Assembly (NCBI GenBank): GCA_963677595.1
Contig: OY782041.1
Span: forward strand, 512,001 to 576,000
Source: Spirochaetia bacterium
GTDB taxonomy: Bacteria > Spirochaetota > Spirochaetia > CAKZLE01
Direction: 5' to 3'
DNA: 64,000 nucleotides
The notes beneath the pieces are model-generated. The model was not told where the DNA came from. It saw nothing but the letters and a program-made list of their open reading frames with translations, and made no database searches. This document shows positions 21,395-31,477 of this stretch, piece by piece. Position numbers and translations under genes: made by a program. How positions within the stretch are numbered: position 1 is the stretch's first letter; each line of letters begins with the position of its first letter.

Positions 21395-23377
21395 CTATAT
21401 GAGCTCGCAAAAGAATGTCGCTCGTTTCTCGACATCACTGTCCGTTATCTGAATACTCTTCCCCCCGGTGGAGTAATGAGCCGAATTCCATACCGCATCA
21501 CTTTGCGTATCCCCTGATGTCCTCGACCACCGAAACCGTGAAGGGAGATACTGGTCCGTGATATCCTGCCCGCTCTGGAAGATGTGAGCTTCCAGGGTGG
21601 TATCCGTCAGTGCCGGCCGAAAGATATCCCCATTCGTTGAGAGGATCTGCAGCTGTACCGCCGGCTCCCCCTGAGGCCCTTCATACAGTGACCATGTGTA
21701 TTCAGCAGGATCCTCACTTGGTATTGAAGATTCTTTATTGTAGGCAATGCCTAAATAGGGCTTACCGGCAGGATTTTCACTCATCCCCGATCCATTCGCA
21801 TCATCAGCATACCTGATCCAGTTATAGAAACTTCTGGCAGAATCTATACCGGCAGGGGTCTCCTTCATCACGACAAAAGGGGTTCCTGCAGGGATGAACT
21901 CAGTTGTTTCCGTACATACAAGATGGGTGATCATACCGGCCAGGGTTTTTCCCTGTAAGCTATGGTCATAGGTGTCAATCACACAGGGAACAGGATCCTT
22001 ACCGGGAAGTTGCACCACTATCCGTGCTTTCCTTTGCAATTGCGGTAAAAACGAGGTGGCAAACGAGAACTGCCGCACTCGGTCTTTGCCTTCAGTCACC
22101 TTGAGAGAGAGCACCTGGTTGATCTGATCGGGAGAGGCAGCATACTTCCCTTCAATCTCTTCGTCTACATACAGTACTTCATCAGTTACTACCGGATCAG
22201 AGAATTCTACTTCCTGCTCTTTCGTCTGACGGTACGGAACCCCGCGAATCGTGAGTTTCCGTATTCGACAGACAGACGCCCCCGTATTCTGTAGAATAAT
22301 CTCGGAACAGGTTGGCAGTTGCCGGGTATACGCATTTGACCCATTGCAGGAAACCAGGGTTAGGGCACCTCCCTCATATACGATCTCTGCAGTACTGCTG
22401 CCATTTGAGAGGGAAGGAACCTGCACTGATGATGCATAAGGATACGCTTCACCTGTGGAGGGATCCTTATACTTCAGCTGCGCTTTATCTGCCGCTGCAG
22501 GACCTGGCCAGTATGCTCCTGGCTGCAACTCGATAAGGCATTGATCCAGTTCCTGATTGTAATTATCCGTGTTTTTATAGATGATCCGTTCAGACAATTC
22601 CTCAAACACGGCAATCGTACTTTTTGCCCGATTACAGGTAACTGCCCGATACGAGATCTCAACCGGCCCAATGATTCGGGATGCATTCCCCGAGATCGCC
22701 ACTGTAGGGTTACCTTGGAAGAGCCATTCAGATACCGGTTCCTGAAAGTTCTCTTCCAGCGGGGACCTAAATCGGAGTCTCCCAAGATGATCAAAATAGC
22801 AATCAGCATGGTAAGCTTCTGCAAGTAGCTGTAGTTCCTTCCAAATAGTTTTCGAGCCAATCTGCACCACCGGAAGCGTGTAGGGAATCTTCACGGTATC
22901 AAGTGAGGTAATCCCCATCTTTGCAGCAAGGATATGGATGATGGAACTTGCAGGATTACTCGGGTTGCTGATCATGCAATTCACCATGAGCACATCAGAG
23001 GGCTTGCGCTTTGTCCCCTTTCTACTTGTGGGGTCTACCAATTCAAGGGAGACCTGATCATTGGTACGTAATCCTACCGTACGTTTACACCCATCATCCG
23101 ATACATACCCAGTCCAGATACGATAGAAAGACAACCCATCAATGGAGCATTCAATTGCTGCAGAATATCCGGCAAACATACCCTCTTCAAATGCACCTCG
23201 ATTCTTCATTGAAATATGCCATTTCTGGTATTCACCAGCAGCAGTGCAGGAAAAATTCACCGGGTATAGCTCGAAGTTCTGATCATCGAGATCAAGGATG
23301 ACCTTCAGATAGCGCGCTATGCTGGGTTCTTTCAGGGCATCCCGAATAGCCTCTGGCAGAGGTATCATGTATCCCAT
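21395..23377 (-). CDS. Tail tip / host-specificity protein
   Basis: Follows the tape measure gene; C-terminal WIRYADDANG module and GPQG. Confidence 0.7.
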   Translation of the reverse strand: MGYMIPLPEAIRDALKEPSIARYLKVILDLDDQNFELYPVNFSCTAAGEYQKWHISMKNRGAFEEGMFAGYSAAIECSIDGLSFYRIWTGYVSDDGCKRTVGLRTNDQVSLELVDPTSRKGTKRKPSDVLMVNCMISNPSNPASSIIHILAAKMGITSLDTVKIPYTLPVVQIGSKTIWKELQLLAEAYHADCYFDHLGRLRFRSPLEENFQEPVSEWLFQGNPTVAISGNASRIIGPVEISYRAVTCNRAKSTIAVFEELSERIIYKNTDNYNQELDQCLIELQPGAYWPGPAAADKAQLKYKDPSTGEAYPYASSVQVPSLSNGSSTAEIVYEGGALTLVSCNGSNAYTRQLPTCSEIILQNTGASVCRIRKLTIRGVPYRQTKEQEVEFSDPVVTDEVLYVDEEIEGKYAASPDQINQVLSLKVTEGKDRVRQFSFATSFLPQLQRKARIVVQLPGKDPVPCVIDTYDHSLQGKTLAGMITHLVCTETTEFIPAGTPFVVMKETPAGIDSARSFYNWIRYADDANGSGMSENPAGKPYLGIAYNKESSIPSEDPAEYTWSLYEGPQGEPAVQLQILSTNGDIFRPALTDTTLEAHIFQSGQDITDQYLPSRFRWSRTSGDTQSDAVWNSAHYSTGGKSIQITDSDVEKRATFFCELI

Positions 23378-23379
23378 AC

Positions 23380-25812
23380 CTATGCTACCCCTGAGATGAT
23401 CTCAACATTGCCGCCAATCCCGGCATAGGCTTTGACTGCTTTTACGACATACTCTCCAACTGCTTCCATGCCTCCATCCCCGATGACATTACCTTGGAAG
23501 TACTGGTGCACTTCAATGGTCACCTGCTGCACCGAAGTGCTTGATCCGGTACTCCCTGTAGTATTCCCAATCAATGAGGATCCCGATGCCGTTAAGGTCT
23601 CATAATTAATCGTATCGAGTCTCCCTGCATCCAGAGCCCGCTCTGCCATCCGGTACTTGATGTTCACCCCCAACCAACCCAAAACCCCATTCACTCCATC
23701 AATGAGCCCATTAACAATTTTTGCAACTCCGTTATGAATCCAGTTGAAGAGGGTGATCAGCATATTCCCGACCGGAACAATCACGGAGTTATACATCCAC
23801 AGCCAGCCCTTTGCGACAATCTCAATAATACCGCCCAGGGTCTTCAATACTGGGGCTATCACCTTTCCAATCGTCTGCCCAAGTATCCGAAGTATCCCTA
23901 CCATCGGGGCTAATACCTCATCAATAACCGGTCCCAAGATATCCATGACACCGCCGAGGATCGTTGAGATCGGGTCCATGATTGCCGTTACCGATCCCAA
24001 CCCTTTAACCAGGTCAACAATCTTTCCTCCAAATGATCCAAGGAGCTCACCAAGCCCTGATGCCGCGTTCTTCAAGATATCAAGTATCCCTGTCCCTCCG
24101 GTTCCCGGCAGCGTTCCCTTTGACTGCTGATACTTGGCCGTCTGGGTAGCTTCCTGCTGGGCCTCAGTATTGTCTTCGGTGGCTTCCGTTTGGGCAAAGC
24201 TTGCATCCATAAGCCCCTTGATATCGCCCCCAACAGCAGAGAGGGCCCCGGCAAGGTGCCCGAAAGCAGCCGTTCTCACATCCTTGGTATTCGCAGGGCC
24301 TAAGGCTGTTTGTACGTAGGTTACCAGGCTATCCTTTGCCTGGACGAAGGCGTCCTTGATACCATCTGTGACATCTTTGAATGTCGCATCATTCGATGTA
24401 GGAGCCGTGACCGGATTGATCCCCCCAATATAAGCTCGTGGAATATCATTCCCTGTATCTTCAAGCCGTGCGATCCCGCCCGAGTACGCTTCTCTTTTAC
24501 TGGCACGTAATGGGTGCTTGAGCGTCTGGGTAACATTCCAAGCTTTCTCTGAAACAATATTTATCTGATCGATAAAGAAATTGATCACCGATCGGAACAT
24601 ATCCTTGAACCCGGTCCCAATGGTCTGTCCGATGTTCCAGAAGGCTTCTCCAATCACATTGATTTTCTCGATCATGAAATTCAATCCAGAGACCACTCCT
24701 CCTTGAATAGCACCCCAGGCTTTCTGAAATCCAAACTTGATTGGCTCCCAGATCACCGCACCGAGGAGATTGATCAGGGAAGCCATATACTGCAGATATG
24801 CTTCCCCGGTAGCTTTGAACCATTCCCACATAGCTGTCCCGAGTGATTTCCAGTATTCGACGGTAAAGATCTGATCGATGAATGCCTTGATAGCCTCTAC
24901 GATCGTCGCCACATAGTCCGGGAGATTCCCGATCACCGTCACGATTCCGGTCAACACAGCTCCCATGTTCTGTGCAAATGCCTGGAACGTCTCTGAATCA
25001 CGCAGTTTCCCCAACATCGTGATCACCGACGAAAGGACCTGCTTGATTGCCGGCAGCAAGGTTTCCATGAGCTCCGCGAGCGTTATGTTGAGATTATCCC
25101 TGAAGGTTGAGATCACCCCATTCAAGGTCTGCGATTGCTTCTCAAGCATCCCGGCAAATTGGCCCTGCCCGGTAGTCAAGGATGTTAGGGCCTGATCGAC
25201 ATCAGCAAAGCCAACCTTTCCAGCAGAAACCATCTTGAAGAGTTCCTCGGTAGATACACCATACTGATCAGCAAGGGTCTGCAGGATCGGTACGCCCGCT
25301 TCAGTGATCATGTTGAGTTCTTCGAGTGAGGCTTTTCCCTTCGCATTGATCTTTCCGTAGGCCCGTACCAATGAATCAAGTTTCTGCTCATTCCCCATAG
25401 AGGCATTCCCGAGCATTTCCATCTTCTCTTTGACGGAATCTGCCCCCACCCCAAACGCCATGAGGTTCTGTGCCCCCTTGGTAATGGTCTTGAATTCAAG
25501 CGGGGTCGACGCTGAGAAGTCTCGCAGCTCCCCAATGACCTGTTGGGCTTTTTGGGCATTCCCGATCAAGACTTCAAATGAGACATCAATCTGCTCAAAG
25601 TCTGCAGCCTGGGAGATCCCTGTCTTTAATCCCTTGAAGAGAAGGACCAGTCCGCCAATCTTGGTAGCAACAGCCGCCAATGAGGAGACCATGGACTTGG
25701 ACATCGTCCCGGTTACCCCCGAGAGTTTCCCTAAGGATTTCCCGGCTGAAGCGGCAGCCTTTGAGACGTATTCTGTGCCATTTATCACCACGCTTACTTG
25801 GTTGCTTGCCAC
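23380..25812 (-). CDS. Tape measure protein
   Basis: Tape-measure N-terminal domain (TPLEF..AYGKINAKGKASLEELN); Ala/Gly/Trp-periodic repeats. Confidence 0.9.
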   Translation of the reverse strand: MASNQVSVVINGTEYVSKAAASAGKSLGKLSGVTGTMSKSMVSSLAAVATKIGGLVLLFKGLKTGISQAADFEQIDVSFEVLIGNAQKAQQVIGELRDFSASTPLEFKTITKGAQNLMAFGVGADSVKEKMEMLGNASMGNEQKLDSLVRAYGKINAKGKASLEELNMITEAGVPILQTLADQYGVSTEELFKMVSAGKVGFADVDQALTSLTTGQGQFAGMLEKQSQTLNGVISTFRDNLNITLAELMETLLPAIKQVLSSVITMLGKLRDSETFQAFAQNMGAVLTGIVTVIGNLPDYVATIVEAIKAFIDQIFTVEYWKSLGTAMWEWFKATGEAYLQYMASLINLLGAVIWEPIKFGFQKAWGAIQGGVVSGLNFMIEKINVIGEAFWNIGQTIGTGFKDMFRSVINFFIDQINIVSEKAWNVTQTLKHPLRASKREAYSGGIARLEDTGNDIPRAYIGGINPVTAPTSNDATFKDVTDGIKDAFVQAKDSLVTYVQTALGPANTKDVRTAAFGHLAGALSAVGGDIKGLMDASFAQTEATEDNTEAQQEATQTAKYQQSKGTLPGTGGTGILDILKNAASGLGELLGSFGGKIVDLVKGLGSVTAIMDPISTILGGVMDILGPVIDEVLAPMVGILRILGQTIGKVIAPVLKTLGGIIEIVAKGWLWMYNSVIVPVGNMLITLFNWIHNGVAKIVNGLIDGVNGVLGWLGVNIKYRMAERALDAGRLDTINYETLTASGSSLIGNTTGSTGSSTSVQQVTIEVHQYFQGNVIGDGGMEAVGEYVVKAVKAYAGIGGNVEIISGVA

Positions 25813-26563
25813 TGTTGCTGTATCTCCTCATTGCGAAGCGCGTTCCATCGATTACGAATAATGTCATAGACCGCCAGATCATAGGCCGGCTGGTCTGCCA
25901 TGCCCCCATCATACTTGAATCGGGCATAGGTCCCTTCCCCATCCAACAAGCGGATGCAGTCAGCAACCCACGGCCCCCAATACTCAATGAGCTCAACCGG
26001 ATCACTGCCGTCCGGCAGCAGATCCCCGTACTCGAACTCTACTCCTTTGTAGATCCATTCGGTGACATCTCGGATTTCGGTGAGCTCGTTTCGGCTAAAG
26101 GGCGATTATGTTCCGCAATACATCCTAAGATTTCTCCCGCAATCTCGGGGTATTCCAGGAGATCCCGCACAAAGGAATCATCCACCACCGATGAGTGCCG
26201 GGTATCGAGTTCTCCCTCACAGAAATTGTGAGAATCAATCCCGAAGGTCAACCTGGCTTTGCATAGGTCATAGGTTGCTGCGGTATCCCCATCCATAAGC
26301 GCTTCAAGTTCCTCTGCGGTGAGCAGCTCCATGATCTCCTGCTCACTCATATGCGCAAGTTCCGATCCGCGCTCCTCGGCTTTCTTGGTTACCGAAACCA
26401 GGGCTTTCCGATTGACTCCTTTCTGCAGCCGCCGCATCTCTTCATTGATCGCATCTTCCCCAGCCTTCGAGAATTTCCTCGGCTTGATCCAGTATCCTGG
26501 AAAGGTCGTTAAGATCTTCTTTCCCCCAACAACGGTTCGCCTGGCATCATCTTTCCATCCCAT
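25794..26563 (-). CDS. Tail assembly chaperone G-T, made by -1 frameshift
   Basis: Slippery C CCT TTA (26096-26102) in the G frame; the -1 frame is open to TAA at 25794 and reads FSRNELTEIRDVTEW...GGMADQPAYDL. Confidence 0.8.
26039..26563 (-). CDS. Tail assembly chaperone G
   Basis: Lies between the tail tube and tape measure genes and contains the slippery heptamer. Confidence 0.8.
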   Translation of the reverse strand: MGWKDDARRTVVGGKKILTTFPGYWIKPRKFSKAGEDAINEEMRRLQKGVNRKALVSVTKKAEERGSELAHMSEQEIMELLTAEELEALMDGDTAATYDLCKARLTFGIDSHNFCEGELDTRHSSVVDDSFVRDLLEYPEIAGEILGCIAEHNRPLAETSSPKSEMSPNGSTKE

Positions 26564-27855
26564 TACGCGTCATACCTCCCTGCATCAGTAGTGAGTAACA
26601 TGATCTGAACCATCGGGTCATAGCTCATCTGATCAATCACCTGATAGGCAAACTGCAGATCAATCACGTTCCCGGATTCTGTGGGTTCCCCCTCGGTATA
26701 TTGCACTGCTGGCAGATCAATGATCGCCAGTTCCGGGATATCAGCTGCATACTGGCCCCCCTGGAATACAGCAAGCAGAGAAGCAATCCCATCATCGAGG
26801 ACCTTACTGCGTTCGGCCTTGGCCGATGCATCGGTGCGGATCTTGAAAGACCCGGTAGCATCAAACTCTCCTCGGGCATGTTCTGATTTATACAAGGATC
26901 CCTGTCCGTAGCCGACATCACTGTCATGGTTGTTCTTGATATCAACCGAGAACGATTTGATATAGCTATACTTCGTTCCCGATACGAAGGAGGAGCCCCG
27001 GAAGAACCGCATCGGCTCCTGAGGAGGAAGCGGAAGCGCTGATGCTTCCTGACCTCCGGTGTGGGTAAGCCCAATCAGAGATAATGAAGCTGAAGCTCGT
27101 CCTTTTAACTCTGCAGATATCGATGCACCATCGGCTACCATCCCAGCAGAAAGGATATTGTCTGTGATCCCATCTGCCTGGATAGAATAGGTAGGCCGTT
27201 CCACTGTCCCGAGCACACTCTTGATCGTGTGTAGGTACACCCCGGAGGTGTCACTTGAAAAGAAGATGACTACCTGGCGATCCTTCCCCTGGGCTGCTGT
27301 TATGGCAACGGGGTTAATCGTCGAGAGGTTATCAGGGCCGAACAGGATTTCTGCCTCATATGCTGCATATCCATTCAGGACGGTTTGTAATTCAAGAAGG
27401 GTATTCACACTTTCATCTGTCAGTGTCTCAACCCCAGCGGTTCCAAATGCTGGATCTGCAGTCTCTGAACCCAGGCTCCCAATGAAGGAAGAGATCTGCT
27501 GCCCCGCATCGGTGACCATGATCTTGCAACTAGGTTGTACTCCGGTATAGCGAAGCAATATCGCCCCGCCAACCTGCTTGGGTGTGGTATCTCCCCCCAG
27601 AAGCGAAGTGAGTCCCATGCCGATCCCGGAACAGGGGGCAAATTTCAACGGAAACTCCCCAGTAACCTCGATGGAGTCAGTGTATACCTTCCCCTTAGAG
27701 TTCCTCCCCGTGACCACCTCATCGCTCTGCTTTGAGGGGGTTGCTTTCAATGTCGGGATCCCGGTAATGGGAAGCCTGGCTGTACGTGCTACAGCCGTTC
27801 CGGGAGTTGCTTCTTTCCCGCCGATACACGCTACTACATGTGCCTTCTTATCCAT
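26563..27855 (-). CDS. Major tail tube protein
   Basis: Position; KEATPGT start and IKNNH..YG.G tube-like motifs. Confidence 0.7.
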   Translation of the reverse strand: MDKKAHVVACIGGKEATPGTAVARTARLPITGIPTLKATPSKQSDEVVTGRNSKGKVYTDSIEVTGEFPLKFAPCSGIGMGLTSLLGGDTTPKQVGGAILLRYTGVQPSCKIMVTDAGQQISSFIGSLGSETADPAFGTAGVETLTDESVNTLLELQTVLNGYAAYEAEILFGPDNLSTINPVAITAAQGKDRQVVIFFSSDTSGVYLHTIKSVLGTVERPTYSIQADGITDNILSAGMVADGASISAELKGRASASLSLIGLTHTGGQEASALPLPPQEPMRFFRGSSFVSGTKYSYIKSFSVDIKNNHDSDVGYGQGSLYKSEHARGEFDATGSFKIRTDASAKAERSKVLDDGIASLLAVFQGGQYAADIPELAIIDLPAVQYTEGEPTESGNVIDLQFAYQVIDQMSYDPMVQIMLLTTDAGRYDA

Positions 27856-27870
27856 GATTCATATACTCCT

Positions 27871-28302
27871 TTAGGTATGTGTGTATTCAGTGATTGCAAT
27901 ACTGACAACTGCATACTGTCGATTCCCCGTGCCCCCAGGATAGAACTCTGCCTGCGTAACTTCTGCATGCTCACAGAGCCCATCCAACTGATCATTGCTG
28001 GTCACTAAACTGGTAATGGCATCGGCATACTTCATCGCCTGCTGCAGCACCAGATCAGAATCATATCCATCAACCGATATCAGGCAGTCTATTGAAAGGT
28101 CAGACTGCAAAGATCCTTGATAGACATCCCTGTCAAAGTCAATGCGGGAAGGGCTCACCAGTACACAGGGTTGAGGTCGTCCTTTCTTCTCATAATCGGT
28201 TCCTATTCCCACGTACTTGATTCCACGCTCATATTCGGCAATATGCTGCTCCACAAAGGCAGCTACCCCGCTGGTGATCCGGTATGATGCATCAAACCTC
28301 AT
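27871..28302 (-). CDS. Tail terminator / completion protein
   Basis: Synteny and size. Confidence 0.55.
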   Translation of the reverse strand: MRFDASYRITSGVAAFVEQHIAEYERGIKYVGIGTDYEKKGRPQPCVLVSPSRIDFDRDVYQGSLQSDLSIDCLISVDGYDSDLVLQQAMKYADAITSLVTSNDQLDGLCEHAEVTQAEFYPGGTGNRQYAVVSIAITEYTHT

Positions 28303-28754
28303 ATCTTTATACCCAATGTCTTCATCTCAGCATCGATCGCTTTCACCGCAATACGGTTTAGCTCCCCTGAAGCCAGAAACCCTCGGATTCCAGGATAGAA
28401 GAACGGCCTCGGCTCAATGCGGACGGAGGAACGATAGATCACTTCCCCATCAATCTCAAACCGCAGCGCTTTTCCCTTCGCCTGGATGTTTGCCCCATGA
28501 TGCTCATAGATCGATGCTAACGCCGGAGCCTTCAAGCGGTAATACGCCTTTCTGGTCTTTCGATACTGGATCCCTTTTCGCATCTTCCCGCTCCGCTCGG
28601 TGAATCGGCTGTTCATCTGCCTGATTACAGCCTGCTTTGCCCCAAAACTGATTCCTGAAAGTACGTGGTCGAGTGCTTCAGGAGACCGCTTGCTGAGCTT
28701 CTGCAGCTTCTCACTCACCTCATCACTGAAGGTAATGGCAGGTCGCCTATTCAT
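28299..28754 (-). CDS. HK97 gp10-like neck protein
   Basis: RSGKMRKGI and PRPFFYP motifs. Confidence 0.65.
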   Translation of the reverse strand: MNRRPAITFSDEVSEKLQKLSKRSPEALDHVLSGISFGAKQAVIRQMNSRFTERSGKMRKGIQYRKTRKAYYRLKAPALASIYEHHGANIQAKGKALRFEIDGEVIYRSSVRIEPRPFFYPGIRGFLASGELNRIAVKAIDAEMKTLGIKI

Positions 28755-29323
28755 ACACGCTCCACGCGATACCCGCGAAAGACATCCTTGATCGATGGCG
28801 GAAGATATCGCTCATAGGCAGTATTGATCCCTTCAGATGAACTGATTGTCGCCACCCCTATGGCATGGTCATTGAACCGGTCCATCAGCCAGGAGACCCC
28901 TTCAATGGTTGCCTGTTTGACATCAGCGGGAATCTCGGTATACCCGATGGTGGCAACCAGCTTGATTGTCCGCCTCCCCTTTGGGGCGAGCCGGTCCAGC
29001 AGATAAATCAGTCCTGCATCCTGATCAACGTCGTAGGACTCTGCGGGTATCAAGGTATCAAGTCCAAATTCCCGAGTCCTATCAAGGTAGAGAGCCGAAA
29101 CCACAGTGAGCGGGAATGCCGGAACGATAATACATCGGCCAGCATGTCCTTCGAGATACATTTCTTCGTTCACACGCTCACAGATGATCCTTCCTGACAG
29201 ACGGTGTGCTGTCGCACTCATGGCATTAATACACCAGATCGTACGCTCCCGGAGTTCAATCGGAATCTGCAGGATAGCCTCAGCCTCTTCGACGCTGATC
29301 AGGGCAGTACTGATGAGTTCCAT
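28751..29323 (-). CDS. Head-tail connector (gp6-like)
   Basis: GY..IPADVKQA and terminal YR motif. Confidence 0.7.
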   Translation of the reverse strand: MELISTALISVEEAEAILQIPIELRERTIWCINAMSATAHRLSGRIICERVNEEMYLEGHAGRCIIVPAFPLTVVSALYLDRTREFGLDTLIPAESYDVDQDAGLIYLLDRLAPKGRRTIKLVATIGYTEIPADVKQATIEGVSWLMDRFNDHAIGVATISSSEGINTAYERYLPPSIKDVFRGYRVERV

Positions 29324-29326
29324 AAT

Positions 29327-29578
29327 CTACCGCTTCTCCACCGCTTCTTTCGGGGTCGCGGTTTCGAGTTCGGTAGCTGTTGAGAGCACCTCTGCATACC
29401 CGCAACGCGCTAACTCGAGGGCGACCGATCGTTCCAGGATCGGCATGTCCCCCTTCACAAACGATCCATGGGGACCGGAATGTGGAACAAGAACCTTCAC
29501 GTGTGCGAGGGTTTGCGAAACTTCCAGTGGTGCGTTTTCGCTTTGTGTAGGCTCTGCTATTGGCTTCTTTGGCATCAT
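29327..29578 (-). CDS. Small phage head-associated protein
   Basis: A.EL...GYAE motif after the capsid gene; AGGAGG RBS. Confidence 0.55.
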   Translation of the reverse strand: MMPKKPIAEPTQSENAPLEVSQTLAHVKVLVPHSGPHGSFVKGDMPILERSVALELARCGYAEVLSTATELETATPKEAVEKR

Positions 29579-29637
29579 TGCCTCCTTGTGTATTGATACA
29601 TCTACAGGGGAGGACCCTCCCCTGCACGAATCAGCGC

Positions 29638-30822
29638 TTATGCTGCTGCCATGGTAAGCTTCTTGATTGCATCAGAGAGCATCACCGACGCATCCAGCCG
29701 CTCGAATACGCGGTACCCCACCTGCCCGCTTTCTGCATAAAGCTCATTGAGCCGCTGTACGGACCGGGCTCCTCGCTGGGCGATGGTGTAGTACTTCAGG
29801 TTCCCGAAGATCAGCGGCGTTGCCCCGGCTGCAATGGTAGGCATCCCCAGGGTTTCCTCAAAGGTGTTCCCCAAGAGGCTGTCAGGCTGCCCAGCGGTGA
29901 GTGCCGGCTGCCAGATATACCGCCCTTGAGCATCCTTCATTTTCCGGATCACTTTCGCGGTATCGGTAGCACCTACCCAGATAGCATTATTCCGGTACTG
30001 CTTCTTCAACGAATACTGGAAGTCGATGAGCTCATCGGTGGTAAATGCCAGCGTTGATGCTGCCGTCTTCCCCAAAGAAGACCCTGCGATCAGCCCACCA
30101 ATCTCATTCGCTCCGGTTCCCTGGCAGAACTTGATGTCCTGGGCTTCTCCGGCGAGATCGGCATAGTTGGTTGCCAGTTCGCCGAACAGGTCATACCCGG
30201 AATCAGCCAGGAGTTCCTCTGAGAGTTTGACCAGGTAGGTGAGCTTGTATGCGGTCAACGCCTTTTTGTCATAGGTCGGCGTACTGTCCTGGAAATCTTC
30301 CGCTTCACCCTTCCAGTACACCGTTCCGCGGTTGTTGCTGATCGGGATTTCCCGGTCATGCTTGAGGTTCAGAACCTTTGCATATTTCCTGATCACTGCG
30401 ATATCAGGTAAAGCTCGCATAATAGCCTTATCCAAGTCTGTTGGTGCTAAGTATCCGCCGTTTGCATCGGTTCCAATCGACATGGCCCGCAGTTCACCGG
30501 GATCCCCAGTCTGCAGGTAGCGGGTATATGCGGACCGATACTCCTCAGTCTCGAGAATAGATCCCCGCTGCTCCCCTTCACCTTCAGGATTCGGTCGAGT
30601 ACCTGAGAAGTCAGTGGTTCTGAGCTCTTCCTCAGCTGCTTCCTGACGTTTACGCAGCTGAATATCGGCATTGACCGAATCAAAATCAGCCATGATCCCT
30701 TCATATTTAGATCGTTCCTCGGCAGTGAGATCTCGTTTCTCACCATCTGCGGTATCCAGAATGCCTCGTGCTGATTTCAACAGCTTTGCTCGTTTGTCTA
30801 AGAGTTCCTGTAATTTATGCAT
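29638..30822 (-). CDS. Major capsid protein, HK97 fold
   Basis: N-terminal coiled-coil delta domain, GGYLAP, SEELLADS, KDAQGRYIW, FGNL. Confidence 0.93.
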   Translation of the reverse strand: MHKLQELLDKRAKLLKSARGILDTADGEKRDLTAEERSKYEGIMADFDSVNADIQLRKRQEAAEEELRTTDFSGTRPNPEGEGEQRGSILETEEYRSAYTRYLQTGDPGELRAMSIGTDANGGYLAPTDLDKAIMRALPDIAVIRKYAKVLNLKHDREIPISNNRGTVYWKGEAEDFQDSTPTYDKKALTAYKLTYLVKLSEELLADSGYDLFGELATNYADLAGEAQDIKFCQGTGANEIGGLIAGSSLGKTAASTLAFTTDELIDFQYSLKKQYRNNAIWVGATDTAKVIRKMKDAQGRYIWQPALTAGQPDSLLGNTFEETLGMPTIAAGATPLIFGNLKYYTIAQRGARSVQRLNELYAESGQVGYRVFERLDASVMLSDAIKKLTMAAA

Positions 30823-31477
30823 GGTTGTGCTCCTGTTCATAGAGATATAGTTGATCTCGCAAGATCGAAATCGGTGTTTCTCCTGGTTCCGCTCCCGTTG
30901 GAGCTGCCTCACCTGACGTTTCAGGCTTCGGCTGGTTCCGGCAGATCAACTCTTTCGACCTAGCATAGACTTCAGTTGTAGGGTATGCCGGCTGGCATAC
31001 CGGGGAGAAATCAGGGAGCTCGGAAAACTCCTTGATGGTCCTGATATCCAGGATGGAGCCGTCTTCGTTCTCTTCTATGCTCCACTCATCCTGACCGCGG
31101 GCAACTTTGAACCCGAAAGACATCTGGTTCACAATCCCGCTCATGATCGCCTCATACCCATCCCGGCCCCAGACGGTCCCCTGGACCTCGGCCCGTATGA
31201 ATACCCCATGCTCATCCTCGGTAGCTTCCAGCGTGCCGTTCTCGAACCCAGCCATAGGTTTCGAGGTATCATGATTCCAATACACCTTTGTGGTTCGTTT
31301 CCCCAGGGCTTGTGTAGCCGCTCCCGGTAGGATCACTTCTACCAGTCCCGGCCACAGAACGGTCCGCTGGTTGTAGACAATCGGATATCCTTCGATGATC
31401 ATCTTGTCTTTCTCGACAGTTACGCGGAGCTCTTCTCCGCCAAACTGCCTGAATCGTCGTTCAATTTCCGTCCTCAT
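30815..31477 (-). CDS. HK97-family prohead protease
   Basis: IEGYPIVYN, WNHD, MSFGF and PAYPTT. Confidence 0.9.
   Translation of the reverse strand: MRTEIERRFRQFGGEELRVTVEKDKMIIEGYPIVYNQRTVLWPGLVEVILPGAATQALGKRTTKVYWNHDTSKPMAGFENGTLEATEDEHGVFIRAEVQGTVWGRDGYEAIMSGIVNQMSFGFKVARGQDEWSIEENEDGSILDIRTIKEFSELPDFSPVCQPAYPTTEVYARSKELICRNQPKPETSGEAAPTGAEPGETPISILRDQLYLYEQEHNHA

Noticed and set aside
25595-26005. 136-aa ORF listed between the chaperone and the tape measure gene
   Set aside because: Wrong frame; the coding frame is the -1 frameshift T segment
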